64,000 nt of DNA from Candidatus Pacearchaeota archaeon. GTDB taxonomy: Archaea > Nanobdellota > Nanobdellia > Pacearchaeales > GW2011-AR1. Position 1 is the first letter of the stretch. Each line of letters opens with the position of its first letter. The DNA lies in contig JAGVXD010000019.1 of assembly GCA_018303945.1 (NCBI GenBank), positions 2,975 through 66,974 of the forward strand, read 5' to 3'. The notes under the pieces are model-generated. The model worked only from the letters and a program-made list of their open reading frames with translations. It did no database searches and had not been told where the DNA came from. Positions 36,258 through 43,853 of the stretch are shown piece after piece. The position numbers and the translations under genes are program-made.

Positions 36258-36427
36258 TGAATATAGCTAAATCTTACCAGTATAAATAGTTTTCTAAGAG
36301 GCAGTATCTATTCCCAACGAGTAGTATCTGCTCTCTCTATAAGACTTTCAATCGTTCAGACTAAACGAACTTTCAGCACAATATATTTATTAAGATGGAA
36401 AGCCAGAAATAATTAAAGGAGAAATTA

Positions 36428-36715
36428 ATGAGCAATATATTTGAGATTGTAGATAAAACAGGAAGGAAAATTAGATTGACAAAGAAGCAATTTGAGCACG
36501 TCATCTGCCATAAAGGAATGGAAAATTATATAGAAGAAATTAAAGATACTCTGAAGAATCCTTTAGAGATTATCTCTCACGAGACAGGAGATTTATACGA
36601 CTATTACAACTACTAAAAAAATAGGAAGCAAAAATCAAAATATCTTCAAGTCGTAGTTAAATATTTAAACGGGCATGGCTTTGTACTCACAGCCTACTTT
36701 GTGAGGCATATGTGA
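36428..36715 (+). pseudogene. DUF4258-like toxin gene interrupted by in-frame TAA (36614-36616)
   Basis: After the stop the same frame continues as KNRKQKSKYLQVVVKYLNGHGFVLTAYFVRHM. This is the expected family C-terminus, and it ends next to the partner gene. Confidence 0.5.
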
Positions 36716-36719
36716 TAAT

Positions 36720-36953
36720 ATGACAAAAAATATGGAAATGCACTACGACGAAGAAGCAGACTATCTGGAGATTTTTGTAGGCGAACCTCGTGAGGATTAT
36801 GGAGAACATATCTCAAAAGATATTGTTATCTTTAAGTATGAAGACAACGGTCAATTATATGGGGTGGGTATCTTTAATTTCAAGAAAAGGGCATCTGATT
36901 TGAAAGACGTGCTCAGCAAACTTCCTGTTTCTATAAAGATAGAACCAAATTAA
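36720..36953 (+). CDS. DUF2283-family protein (antitoxin-like partner)
   Basis: HYDEEADYLEIFVGEP... is a signature N-terminus for this family. Confidence 0.6.
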   Translation: MTKNMEMHYDEEADYLEIFVGEPREDYGEHISKDIVIFKYEDNGQLYGVGIFNFKKRASDLKDVLSKLPVSIKIEPN

Positions 36954-37010
36954 TTTCTTCTGTTTGTCAGTATAGAATGAAAATTACAGCGTCTATCGGT
37001 TCAAATTAAG

Positions 37011-37146
37011 AGAACATTTTAGGATAAAATGAATAAGCTGCCGTTTAGCAGTGATTAAGTGACCCTTTAGGGCAAGAGTGGGCTTCGAAAGACCCTCTTG
37101 TGTTTAGATTCGTTCTCAGCCGATTTCTCGCGTAATTGCTAAAACT
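37011..37146. repeat. structured element, upstream arm U2
   Basis: GCCGTTTAGCAGTGATTAAG, CCCTTTAGGG, CAAGAGTGGGCTTCGAAAGACCCTCTTG and GTTCTCAGCCGATTTCTCGCGTAATTGCT. Confidence 0.8.
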
Positions 37147-37170
37147 ATTAAGAGGTAACAAATAGAAAGA

Positions 37171-37178
37171 TTTATAAA
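37171..37178 (+). promoter_or_regulatory. TATA-like box (TTTATAAA) 22 nt upstream of the ORF2 ATG
   Basis: Position and composition only. Confidence 0.35.
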
Positions 37179-37199
37179 GAACGAATTTTGTAGATTTTT

Positions 37200-37484
37200 A
37201 TGCAAACAAACAGAGTATACGTGATTCCAGAAGCAAAAGTCGGCGACGAAAGAAAAACTGTCGTGATGAGAAGCCAATTTGGGGCAAGCCTTGCTTTAGG
37301 AATTTCAAAAGATGTAACTGCTGCTTATGAAGTGGAAGCTAGAAATTGTTCTCATCAAGAATTGTATACTGCAGTTACTAAGGTTGTAAAAAGAAGCAAG
37401 ATTACAGAGTTAGAGGCTTCTCTTCAAGAATTTTGCAATGTTTTTAGTATGTCGGTAACAAAATTAGTCCCAACACAAGCATAA
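37200..37484 (+). CDS. cassette ORF2, hypothetical protein (94 aa)
   Basis: ORF enclosed by U2 and D2. No similarity to ORF1 or ORF3 by eye. Confidence 0.55.
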   Translation: MQTNRVYVIPEAKVGDERKTVVMRSQFGASLALGISKDVTAAYEVEARNCSHQELYTAVTKVVKRSKITELEASLQEFCNVFSMSVTKLVPTQA

Positions 37485-37500
37485 TCTTTCTATTATTTTA

Positions 37501-37728
37501 TTCATCAGCAATTTCGTTTAAGCAAGCGATTGTGCGTTAACGAAGTTCGCACCCAGCGGTTAAGCGGAGCAAGAAATAACAAGGCTGAGAATTGCAAGCC
37601 GAAAGGGGCAAGAGTTTACAGGCAATAATTAATTTGTTACTATGAAAACTCTGAAGGGAAAGGGGCTTGTTTGTCTAGGGGATTTGCAACCCGAGTGCAA
37701 CGAGGGCAAAGCAAAAGTTTGGTTAATC
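37501..37728. repeat. structured element, downstream arm D2
   Basis: About 93 nt are identical to D3 (CAGCAATTTCGTTTAAGC...GGCTGAGAATTGCAA). The distal part is conserved and ends in GGTTAATC. Confidence 0.85.
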
Positions 37729-37809
37729 TATCAGGCTAAAAGAACTTTCAAAGGCAATTATTATCTAAAAATTTTTTGAAAGTTACAAAAAATTATGCTT
37801 CTTACAAAA

Positions 37810-37945
37810 AGAACATTATTGGAAATAATGAATAATTTTCCTTTTAGCAGTGATTAGGCGAGTTGCTTGCAACCTCGAGCTAGCCACAAAGGCTCTCGAG
37901 TTACAAAATCTGTGCGAAATCTTTTCCTGAGTGTAATTTCTAAGC
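37810..37945. repeat. orphan upstream-arm variant U2-prime
   Basis: Same 5' motif (AGAACATT..TTTAGCAGTGATTAGG). The central hairpin is replaced by CTCGAG-CTAGCCACAAAGGCT-CTCGAG. Confidence 0.65.
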
Positions 37946-38028
37946 TATCTTTATTTAGTAAGAAGTTATTGGGTGGGAAATATTCACAGGGCGCGAGGTT
38001 TTTTCGTAAGGGGGCTGACTGTTTTCAG

Positions 38029-38280
38029 TTATTTCTCATAAATATTCTTTCTATGCCCTGCTTTTAAAATATGCAAAATTAGATTAGTTCTGTCAACGTC
38101 AATAATCAGCCTATAGTCTCCAACCCTTAGCTTAAATCCTTCAATATCTTCAAGATGCTCAAGGAAATGAAAAGGATTTAATTTGCATTGTTGTAGTTTG
38201 TCCCAAATTCTCTCTTTATCGTCTTTTTCTAGCTTATTGAGGAAATCAGTAGCTTTCTTATCAAATTTAAGTTGGTACAT
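38029..38280 (-). CDS. RelE/ParE-family toxin
   Basis: 83 aa. KLRVGDYRLIIDVDRTNLILHILKAGHRKNIY is the typical RelE C-terminus. Confidence 0.8.
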   Translation of the reverse strand: MYQLKFDKKATDFLNKLEKDDKERIWDKLQQCKLNPFHFLEHLEDIEGFKLRVGDYRLIIDVDRTNLILHILKAGHRKNIYEK

Positions 38281-38283
38281 CTT

Positions 38284-38520
38284 TTACAAGCCAAGAATCT
38301 TCTTAGCTTCATCTTCTGTATAGAACTCACCTTTCTTAATTCTTTCTCTTGCTTCTTTTATTTCAAGAATAGTTTTTTGGCTAAGCTTAGGCTCTTTTTC
38401 AGTCAATTTAGCCAAATAGATAAGTTTTCTAACCAATTCATCATAGCTTTCGCTTTTGTATTGCTTAAAATTATCAAGTTCCTGCTTTGTCGTTTGATTA
38501 AGTCTTATTGTTGTTTCCAT
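38284..38520 (-). CDS. antitoxin partner of the RelE-like toxin
   Basis: 78-aa ORF ending 3 nt upstream of the toxin start. Confidence 0.6.
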   Translation of the reverse strand: METTIRLNQTTKQELDNFKQYKSESYDELVRKLIYLAKLTEKEPKLSQKTILEIKEARERIKKGEFYTEDEAKKILGL

Positions 38521-38625
38521 ATACTATTGTATACATATGTAGATTTTATAAACCTTTTGATTAATCTTTTATTAGGGAGATTGTTTGGGGGGGCGGGTTT
38601 GCGAAATATTTATATATTCTTTTAA

Positions 38626-39012
38626 ACAACAAACTATAGGGTAAATAAGATACTTGGAGTTATTCTTTTAATCATAGGTTTTATAGGATTATTTTTCATA
38701 TATCAAGGCAATTCTTACATATTTATTGGAGTTATTCTTTTAATCATAGGTTTTATAGGATTATTTTTATTAGTTCGGGGTTCTGGTAGTAAGATTAAAG
38801 GTATTACTCTTTTAATTATTGGATTATTAGGAATGGGCTGGATAGGTCTAGGTTTGTTAATGGCGCAGGCTTTCGCGCAGGCTTTCTCTCCAATGTCTAC
38901 TCAAGAATATTTAGTTCCGGGACTATGGTTTTTATTGCCTTTAGCTATATTTATTTATGGTATAAAGTTATTATTATCTAAGCAAGACAGTATTCAAAAA
39001 CCCTCTCCCTAA
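38626..39012 (+). pseudogene. membrane-protein reading frame without canonical start, containing an in-frame 72-nt-period duplication
   Basis: Open frame with 4-5 hydrophobic helices. There is no ATG, GTG or TTG in frame until late. A 43-nt repeat occurs at 38654-38696 and 38726-38768. Confidence 0.3.
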
Positions 39013-39202
39013 AATCTAACGCTTAAAGAGAAATCTGACATTCACATTAAACTTTCAAGCCAACAAAAAAACTCCTCAAGAGATGAGCCAAGTCTATTGG
39101 ATTGAGTTTGAGTTCCTATAGTCTTGGACTTAAATAACTGAACACATTATGCTTAAAGGACTGTTTCTTCCAATAATTCTGTAAGCTCTCTGACAACTCC
39201 TT

Positions 39203-39361
39203 TTACGAATTATGTGATATGTGGGTTACATTATCTCTCGTCTGTCTCCAGCATTCTTCAACAGGATTAAGGTCTGATGCTCCTGTAGGGAAGAACATAT
39301 AATCGATTTTGTTTTCTTTAAGCCAACTCATCACAAAATTATTTTTAATTTCATCTTCATA
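39203..39361 (-). mobile_element. IS630/Tc1-mariner-family transposase C-terminal remnant
   Basis: Translates to ...SWLKENKIDYMFFPTGASDLNPVEECWRQTRDNV, which matches the third catalytic-acid region (SPxLNPxExxW). No N-terminal part is present. Confidence 0.55.
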
Positions 39362-39402
39362 ACTATCTCCCCTATACCCTGCATTAAGATATGCAAGAAG
39401 GA

Positions 39403-39840
39403 TTAAGAAACAAACTTATCTAAGCTAGTTGTTTTTATAACCCTAACAAAACTCTGCTTTTCAAAATGTTTGTCTTCGCTCCAAATCACTCCATCGCTGC
39501 CCAAACTCAAAGCTGCCGCAACAAAAGGGTAATCTTCTTCATCAATCGTTCTCATTAACTCCTTGGCTTTTATCTTTTGTTCAAGCATTTCTTTCCTAGA
39601 GATAAGTTTGATATGAGAGAACAATTTTGCCAATAACAAGATAAAATCTTCTTCGGTAATTTGTGCCTTTTCAATCATATAATCTTTGTATTTTATGATT
39701 TTATGAAAGGCAATTTCTGGAAAATAGAAATCCAGGCCAGAATTTTTTATAATGCTCCTAGTTTTAGAATTCTTCAATAGGGCAGATATTAAGATATTAA
39801 CATCTATAACTATCTTCACTTTAACCCAAGTCCTGAGCAA
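39403..39840 (-). CDS. PIN-domain nuclease (VapC-like toxin)
   Basis: VIDVNILISALL N-terminus and acidic residues spaced as in PIN domains. Confidence 0.7.
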   Translation of the reverse strand: MLRTWVKVKIVIDVNILISALLKNSKTRSIIKNSGLDFYFPEIAFHKIIKYKDYMIEKAQITEEDFILLLAKLFSHIKLISRKEMLEQKIKAKELMRTIDEEDYPFVAAALSLGSDGVIWSEDKHFEKQSFVRVIKTTSLDKFVS

Positions 39841-40039
39841 CTTCTCTTTTTATTTTACTGCTTATCTCCTCAATATCTTTTGCAGTTATTTTGCTTTTCT
39901 TTAACAGACTTTCCTCAATATCATTCTCTCTTATCTTGTTTTCAAATGCCTGCCTTGCTATCTCGCTCCAACGCATTTCTTTCATTGCCTTCATCCTCTC
40001 AAAGAGAGGTTCTGGTATGGATAAGGTCATGTTTGTCAT
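39821..40039 (-). CDS. RHH/VapB-like antitoxin
   Basis: The MTLSIPEPLFERMKAM pattern. It overlaps the PIN gene start by 20 nt. Confidence 0.6.
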   Translation of the reverse strand: MTNMTLSIPEPLFERMKAMKEMRWSEIARQAFENKIRENDIEESLLKKSKITAKDIEEISSKIKREVAQDLG

Positions 40040-40180
40040 ACTTAATTATGTGTAAACACATATTTAAACATTTCTACTTTTGATTCTGTTAACTTAAGGC
40101 CCCTCATAGGATCTATCTCTTTTATGCAACTCCAGAGGAATCGAGATACCTCAAGAATTTGCAATTCTTGATGACACCCA

Positions 40181-40309
40181 AGAACACAGGGTTCTTGGTG
40201 TTTGCCGTTTACTTGTGATTAAGCGTCCCTTTGGGGCAAGAGCGGGCTTCGAAAGACCCTCTTGTGCTTAGATTCGTTCTCAGCCGATTTCGAGCGTAAT
40301 TGCTGAAAC
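40181..40309. repeat. structured element, upstream arm U3
   Basis: GCCGTTTACTTGTGATTAAG, CCCTTTGGGG, CAAGAGCGGGCTTCGAAAGACCCTCTTG and GTTCTCAGCCGATTTCGAGCGTAATTGCTGAAAC. Confidence 0.85.
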
Positions 40310-40333
40310 TATGGAGAAGTAACAAGAGAAATG

Positions 40334-40341
40334 TTTAAATA
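40334..40341 (+). promoter_or_regulatory. TATA-like box (TTTAAATA) 22 nt upstream of the ORF3 ATG
   Basis: Position and composition only. Confidence 0.35.
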
Positions 40342-40362
40342 TTCCATAAATTATAAGACTAT

Positions 40363-40632
40363 ATGGCTGATAGATTAAAGGTATATGCAATTTATGGGAA
40401 AGGACAAACTAATGAGGCCTCAAAGTCACTTTGTGATTATAGTGTAGGGCATACTGAAGAAGAGGCAGTTGAAAATGCTATAAACTTAAATCCTCGTTTG
40501 AGATTATTACACGATCTAAATGCTACTCAGATTGCCGTTAGAGGATTTAGAATTTCAGCCGAATCATTAGAGCAAGAAGCCAGAAATAATTTTCATGCGG
40601 CAGTTCATCGTGGTCGTGGCACTTGGTACTAA
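40363..40632 (+). CDS. cassette ORF3, hypothetical protein (89 aa)
   Basis: ORF enclosed by U3 and D3. Confidence 0.55.
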   Translation: MADRLKVYAIYGKGQTNEASKSLCDYSVGHTEEEAVENAINLNPRLRLLHDLNATQIAVRGFRISAESLEQEARNNFHAAVHRGRGTWY

Positions 40633-40640
40633 TTTTATTT

Positions 40641-40879
40641 GTTTCAGCAATTTCGTTTAAGCAAGCGATTGTGCGTTAACGAAGTTCGCACCCAGCGGTT
40701 AAGCGGAGCAAGAAATAACAAGGCTGAGAATTGCAACCGAAAGGGAAAGATTTTACGGGCAATAGTTTATTTATTATTATGTAAAATCAGGAGGGAGTGG
40801 GGAAACTCAAAGCATATTAGGGGATAGCAACCCGAATAAAACGAAGTGGAACGAGGGCAAAGAAGAAGTTTGGTTAATC
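40641..40879. repeat. structured element, downstream arm D3
   Basis: It starts with GTTTCAGCAATT, the perfect complement of 40298-40309, contains GGCTGAGAA, the complement of 40277-40285, and ends in GGTTAATC. Confidence 0.85.
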
Positions 40880-40937
40880 CTACGTTTTAACCGAACATTG
40901 TTTGAGCCATACTTTAATCTTAAGGTAAGATGGAATA

Positions 40938-41270
40938 TCAGTCGGAAAGCTTGAGAATAGATTCCGCTATATCTCCATCAGTTTCTTCCAAGGCCTTTTT
41001 AGCCGCTTCCTTGCTCTTTCCTGTTTTTTCAGAAACCATGACTATATCCTCTTCGGATATGCCTGTTTCCGCTGTTTCCTCTCTTGTTGTTCCTGTCACC
41101 TGCCAGCTGTCCTGCCCTTGCATAGTTATCTTCTGGACATTTGCTGGCTCAATTACTATTCTCTTCTCTCTGCCTTCAATTATGACTCTCTCCACTTCAA
41201 CCTCTTCCTGCTTGATTCCCATCTGCTTCATCATAGCCTTCATTTGCCCAGGATTAATGCCTCCAAACAT
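40938..41270 (-). CDS. nac: nascent polypeptide-associated complex protein (archaeal NAC, NAC plus UBA domains)
   Basis: MFGGINPGQMKAMMKQMGI start and a C-terminal UBA-like KSKEAAKKALEETDGDIAESILKL. The ATG at 41270 is preferred. Confidence 0.85.
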   Translation of the reverse strand: MFGGINPGQMKAMMKQMGIKQEEVEVERVIIEGREKRIVIEPANVQKITMQGQDSWQVTGTTREETAETGISEEDIVMVSEKTGKSKEAAKKALEETDGDIAESILKLSD

Positions 41271-41314
41271 ACCGAAGAAAAAGAAGGAGGGTTTAAAGAA
41301 GTTTCTATATTTTA

Positions 41315-41482
41315 TCAAGCAGTAGGCCAGAATATTCTAAGAGCAAAAACAAAAAGAGCCACTAAGACAAGAAAAATTATAACCTGCACCGGAGAAATCA
41401 TGAACCTGCTTTTGTACTCATCATCATATCTGACTAACCCTCCAAAAACTCCCGGCATCTGTATTTTGTTGTCGCTTGCCAT
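41315..41482 (-). CDS. preprotein translocase subunit Sec61-beta (SecG, archaeal), 55 aa
   Basis: Not in the ORF track. Sequence MASDNKIQMPGVFGGLVRYDDEYKSRFMISPVQVIIFLVLVALFVFALRIFWPTA has the GLxRY motif and a single C-terminal TM helix. Confidence 0.65.
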   Translation of the reverse strand: MASDNKIQMPGVFGGLVRYDDEYKSRFMISPVQVIIFLVLVALFVFALRIFWPTA

Positions 41483-41561
41483 AGTTCATAAAGAGAGTGG
41501 AGATATAAAAATCTATCGTACCTCTATTAAATAACCTGTATTATGCATAAGAATTTAAAAG

Positions 41562-43124
41562 GTGCAAAATACGTCGATTTGTATGGAAGAGGTTGGAGAA
41601 GAATGTGGTATCTGTGCAGTATATTTGAAAAACCCTCACGAAAGTTCTTCTCTCGTCCCAGACATACTTGTAAAATCATTATCAATTCTCCAGCCTCGCG
41701 GTCAGAAAAGCGCCGGAATTGCTGTATACAACCCTCGCTTACCCTTGGAAGATAAAAGAAAAACTATTAACAGATATATTGGGTTGGGAAGAGTAAACGA
41801 AGTATTTAGAGTGAGGGACGAAAGAGAATATTGTAAATTGTGCGAAGACTTAAAAGGAATAGCCGGGATAGCCCATAATCGCTACGCCACTTCGGGAAAA
41901 AGAAACACTGACTTGATTAATCTTGCAGAAACTCAACCATTTATTAAAGAGCACCCTCGCTCTTGGAAAAGGTTTGCGATGGCTTTTAACGGAAACTTAG
42001 CCAATTACGATTCTCTTTGTGAAGTAATGGAATATTCAGGATACGATTTAGAGACTAATGTAGATACAGAAATATTAGTTAACCTCTGGGCCTTGGCTCT
42101 AAGAGAAAACTCCTTGCACAAAGATGATAAATTGCCTCAAAAGCCCTCACTATTTGATGTAAGCAAAAAAATCATGGATAAAGCTGATGGAGCCTATAAT
42201 ATTCTTACCCTATCAGGCGATGGCTCGCTTGTAATAATGAGAGACAAGCACGGCATTAGACCTCTTGTTTATGGAGAAAATGAAGAATATTATATTGCTG
42301 CTTCAGAAAGTATAGTTCTTGAGAAAATGGGTATAAAAGAATACCGCGATGTTCTGCCAGGCGAAGTTATAATATGTACTTCAAAAGGAGCAGAAAATAG
42401 AAGAATAATTGAAGAACAAAAAAGATTTTGCCATTTTGAGCTTGTATATTTCGCAAGACAATATTCTACCATGGAGGGTGTAAAAGTAAAGGAATGTAGG
42501 GAGAATTTAGGAAGAGAATTGGCTATGATAGAGCCCCTCAAGGATAAACTGGATTCAGACTTCGTTGTCGTGCCTGCTCCAAAAACAGCAATTACTGCAG
42601 CTAAATCATATGCTCATGAACTAAATCTTCCTATAAAAGACGCTCTTGAGAAGGGTGATGAGAGAGGATTCATAAATGGACTATCTGAAAGAACAAGGAT
42701 AATGGGCGAATATTTAGTCTATGAGTCAGATGTAAGAAATAAGAAAATAATTCTTGTAGATGACAGCATAGTAAGAGGAGAAACTTCAAAGGTATTGATT
42801 AAAATACTTAGGAATAATGGTGCTTTAGAAATTCATCTGCGTTCGACAGAACCGGCAATCTTAAATCCTTGTTTTTATGGAATAGATTTCCCTGATAAAA
42901 AAGAATTAATAGCGGCACGATTAAAAAATAAATTTCCGGATTCGCAATTAGAGGAAATTCTCGCCAAAGAGATTGGAGCAGACTCTATAGTCTTTCAGAC
43001 TCTAAATGGATTAATAAGAGCAACCAAAATGCCTGAAAAAGAACTCTGTCTTGCCTGTCTTAATGGAGATTATCCTACCCAAGCAGGAAAATTGCTCTAT
43101 GAGAAGCAGATAAATTGTGCCTAA
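41562..43124 (+). CDS. purF: amidophosphoribosyltransferase-like (class II glutamine amidotransferase plus PRTase)
   Basis: CGICAV nucleophile context and the PRPP loop IILVDDSIVRGETS. The true start may be the ATG at 41583. Confidence 0.8.
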   Translation: MQNTSICMEEVGEECGICAVYLKNPHESSSLVPDILVKSLSILQPRGQKSAGIAVYNPRLPLEDKRKTINRYIGLGRVNEVFRVRDEREYCKLCEDLKGIAGIAHNRYATSGKRNTDLINLAETQPFIKEHPRSWKRFAMAFNGNLANYDSLCEVMEYSGYDLETNVDTEILVNLWALALRENSLHKDDKLPQKPSLFDVSKKIMDKADGAYNILTLSGDGSLVIMRDKHGIRPLVYGENEEYYIAASESIVLEKMGIKEYRDVLPGEVIICTSKGAENRRIIEEQKRFCHFELVYFARQYSTMEGVKVKECRENLGRELAMIEPLKDKLDSDFVVVPAPKTAITAAKSYAHELNLPIKDALEKGDERGFINGLSERTRIMGEYLVYESDVRNKKIILVDDSIVRGETSKVLIKILRNNGALEIHLRSTEPAILNPCFYGIDFPDKKELIAARLKNKFPDSQLEEILAKEIGADSIVFQTLNGLIRATKMPEKELCLACLNGDYPTQAGKLLYEKQINCA

Positions 43125-43126
43125 AT

Positions 43127-43738
43127 CTATCGTATTTCACTGATGCTTTCTAAAATTGAGCTCTTCTGCTTTCTGCTGATATATGTCTTCCCAAACCTGA
43201 CTAAATAAGGATTGATTATGTTCCAATATTTTCTAGGAAACAATTTTCTTAATTCCATTTCAATTTTATATGGATTATTGCTCTTAACCCACCTAAGTTT
43301 TTGAGAAATATAAGAAACATGCGTATCTACTCCTATCGCATCATGCTCGTGTTCTGCCAAAAAAACATTGGCTGTTTTTCTTCCTACTCCTGGCAATGAG
43401 ATAAGCAAATCAATATCGTGAGGCACTATCCCATTAAAACTATCTCTAAGGTTTTTTGAGCAATTAATTATGTTTTTAGACTTATTCCTGTAAAAATTAA
43501 CAGGTCTTATAATTTGAGAAACCTCTTCCAATTTAGCGCCTGCAAGCTCATTAAGCGCCTTATATCTGCTAAAGAGCTTCTTGCATACCTCTATTGTAAC
43601 CTCATCCCTGGTCCTGGCAGACAAAATGATAGCTGTGAGTGTTTGCCATTGGCTATCCCAACCTTCAGCCGCCAAACGCATATTTCGCCCGTATTTTCCA
43701 ATTTCTATTAATTGTCTTATTGCTATTTTCTTATCCAT
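43127..43738 (-). CDS. nth: endonuclease III-like HhH-GPD DNA glycosylase, apparently lacking the C-terminal 4Fe-4S cysteines
   Basis: HhH LPGVGRKTANVFL and catalytic VDTHV. There is no Cx6Cx2Cx5C at the C-terminus. Confidence 0.75.
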   Translation of the reverse strand: MDKKIAIRQLIEIGKYGRNMRLAAEGWDSQWQTLTAIILSARTRDEVTIEVCKKLFSRYKALNELAGAKLEEVSQIIRPVNFYRNKSKNIINCSKNLRDSFNGIVPHDIDLLISLPGVGRKTANVFLAEHEHDAIGVDTHVSYISQKLRWVKSNNPYKIEMELRKLFPRKYWNIINPYLVRFGKTYISRKQKSSILESISEIR

Positions 43739-43853
43739 TATAAATAGGGCATCATCTCCGCAAAAACCCTTGAAGACATATACTTCAAAATCTTAACTTT
43801 CATATAATTCCTATAACCGCCAGCTTTTTAACCTCTTTGTTCCTAGCAAAATC

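Noticed and set aside
40181-40879. Group I or group II intron, or hammerhead ribozyme, as an explanation for the bracket elements
   Set aside because: There is no reverse transcriptase or homing-endonuclease ORF. There is no GUGYG...AY boundary with a recognisable domain V. GGCUGAGAA lacks the CUGANGA core. The resemblance of GTTCTCAGCC / AAGAAATAACAAGGCTG to the group I R/S elements is partial, and extra hairpins sit where J8/7 should be single-stranded.
40930-41534. + strand ORFs 40930..41325 and 41118..41534
   Set aside because: They are antisense to the well-supported nac and sec61-beta genes.
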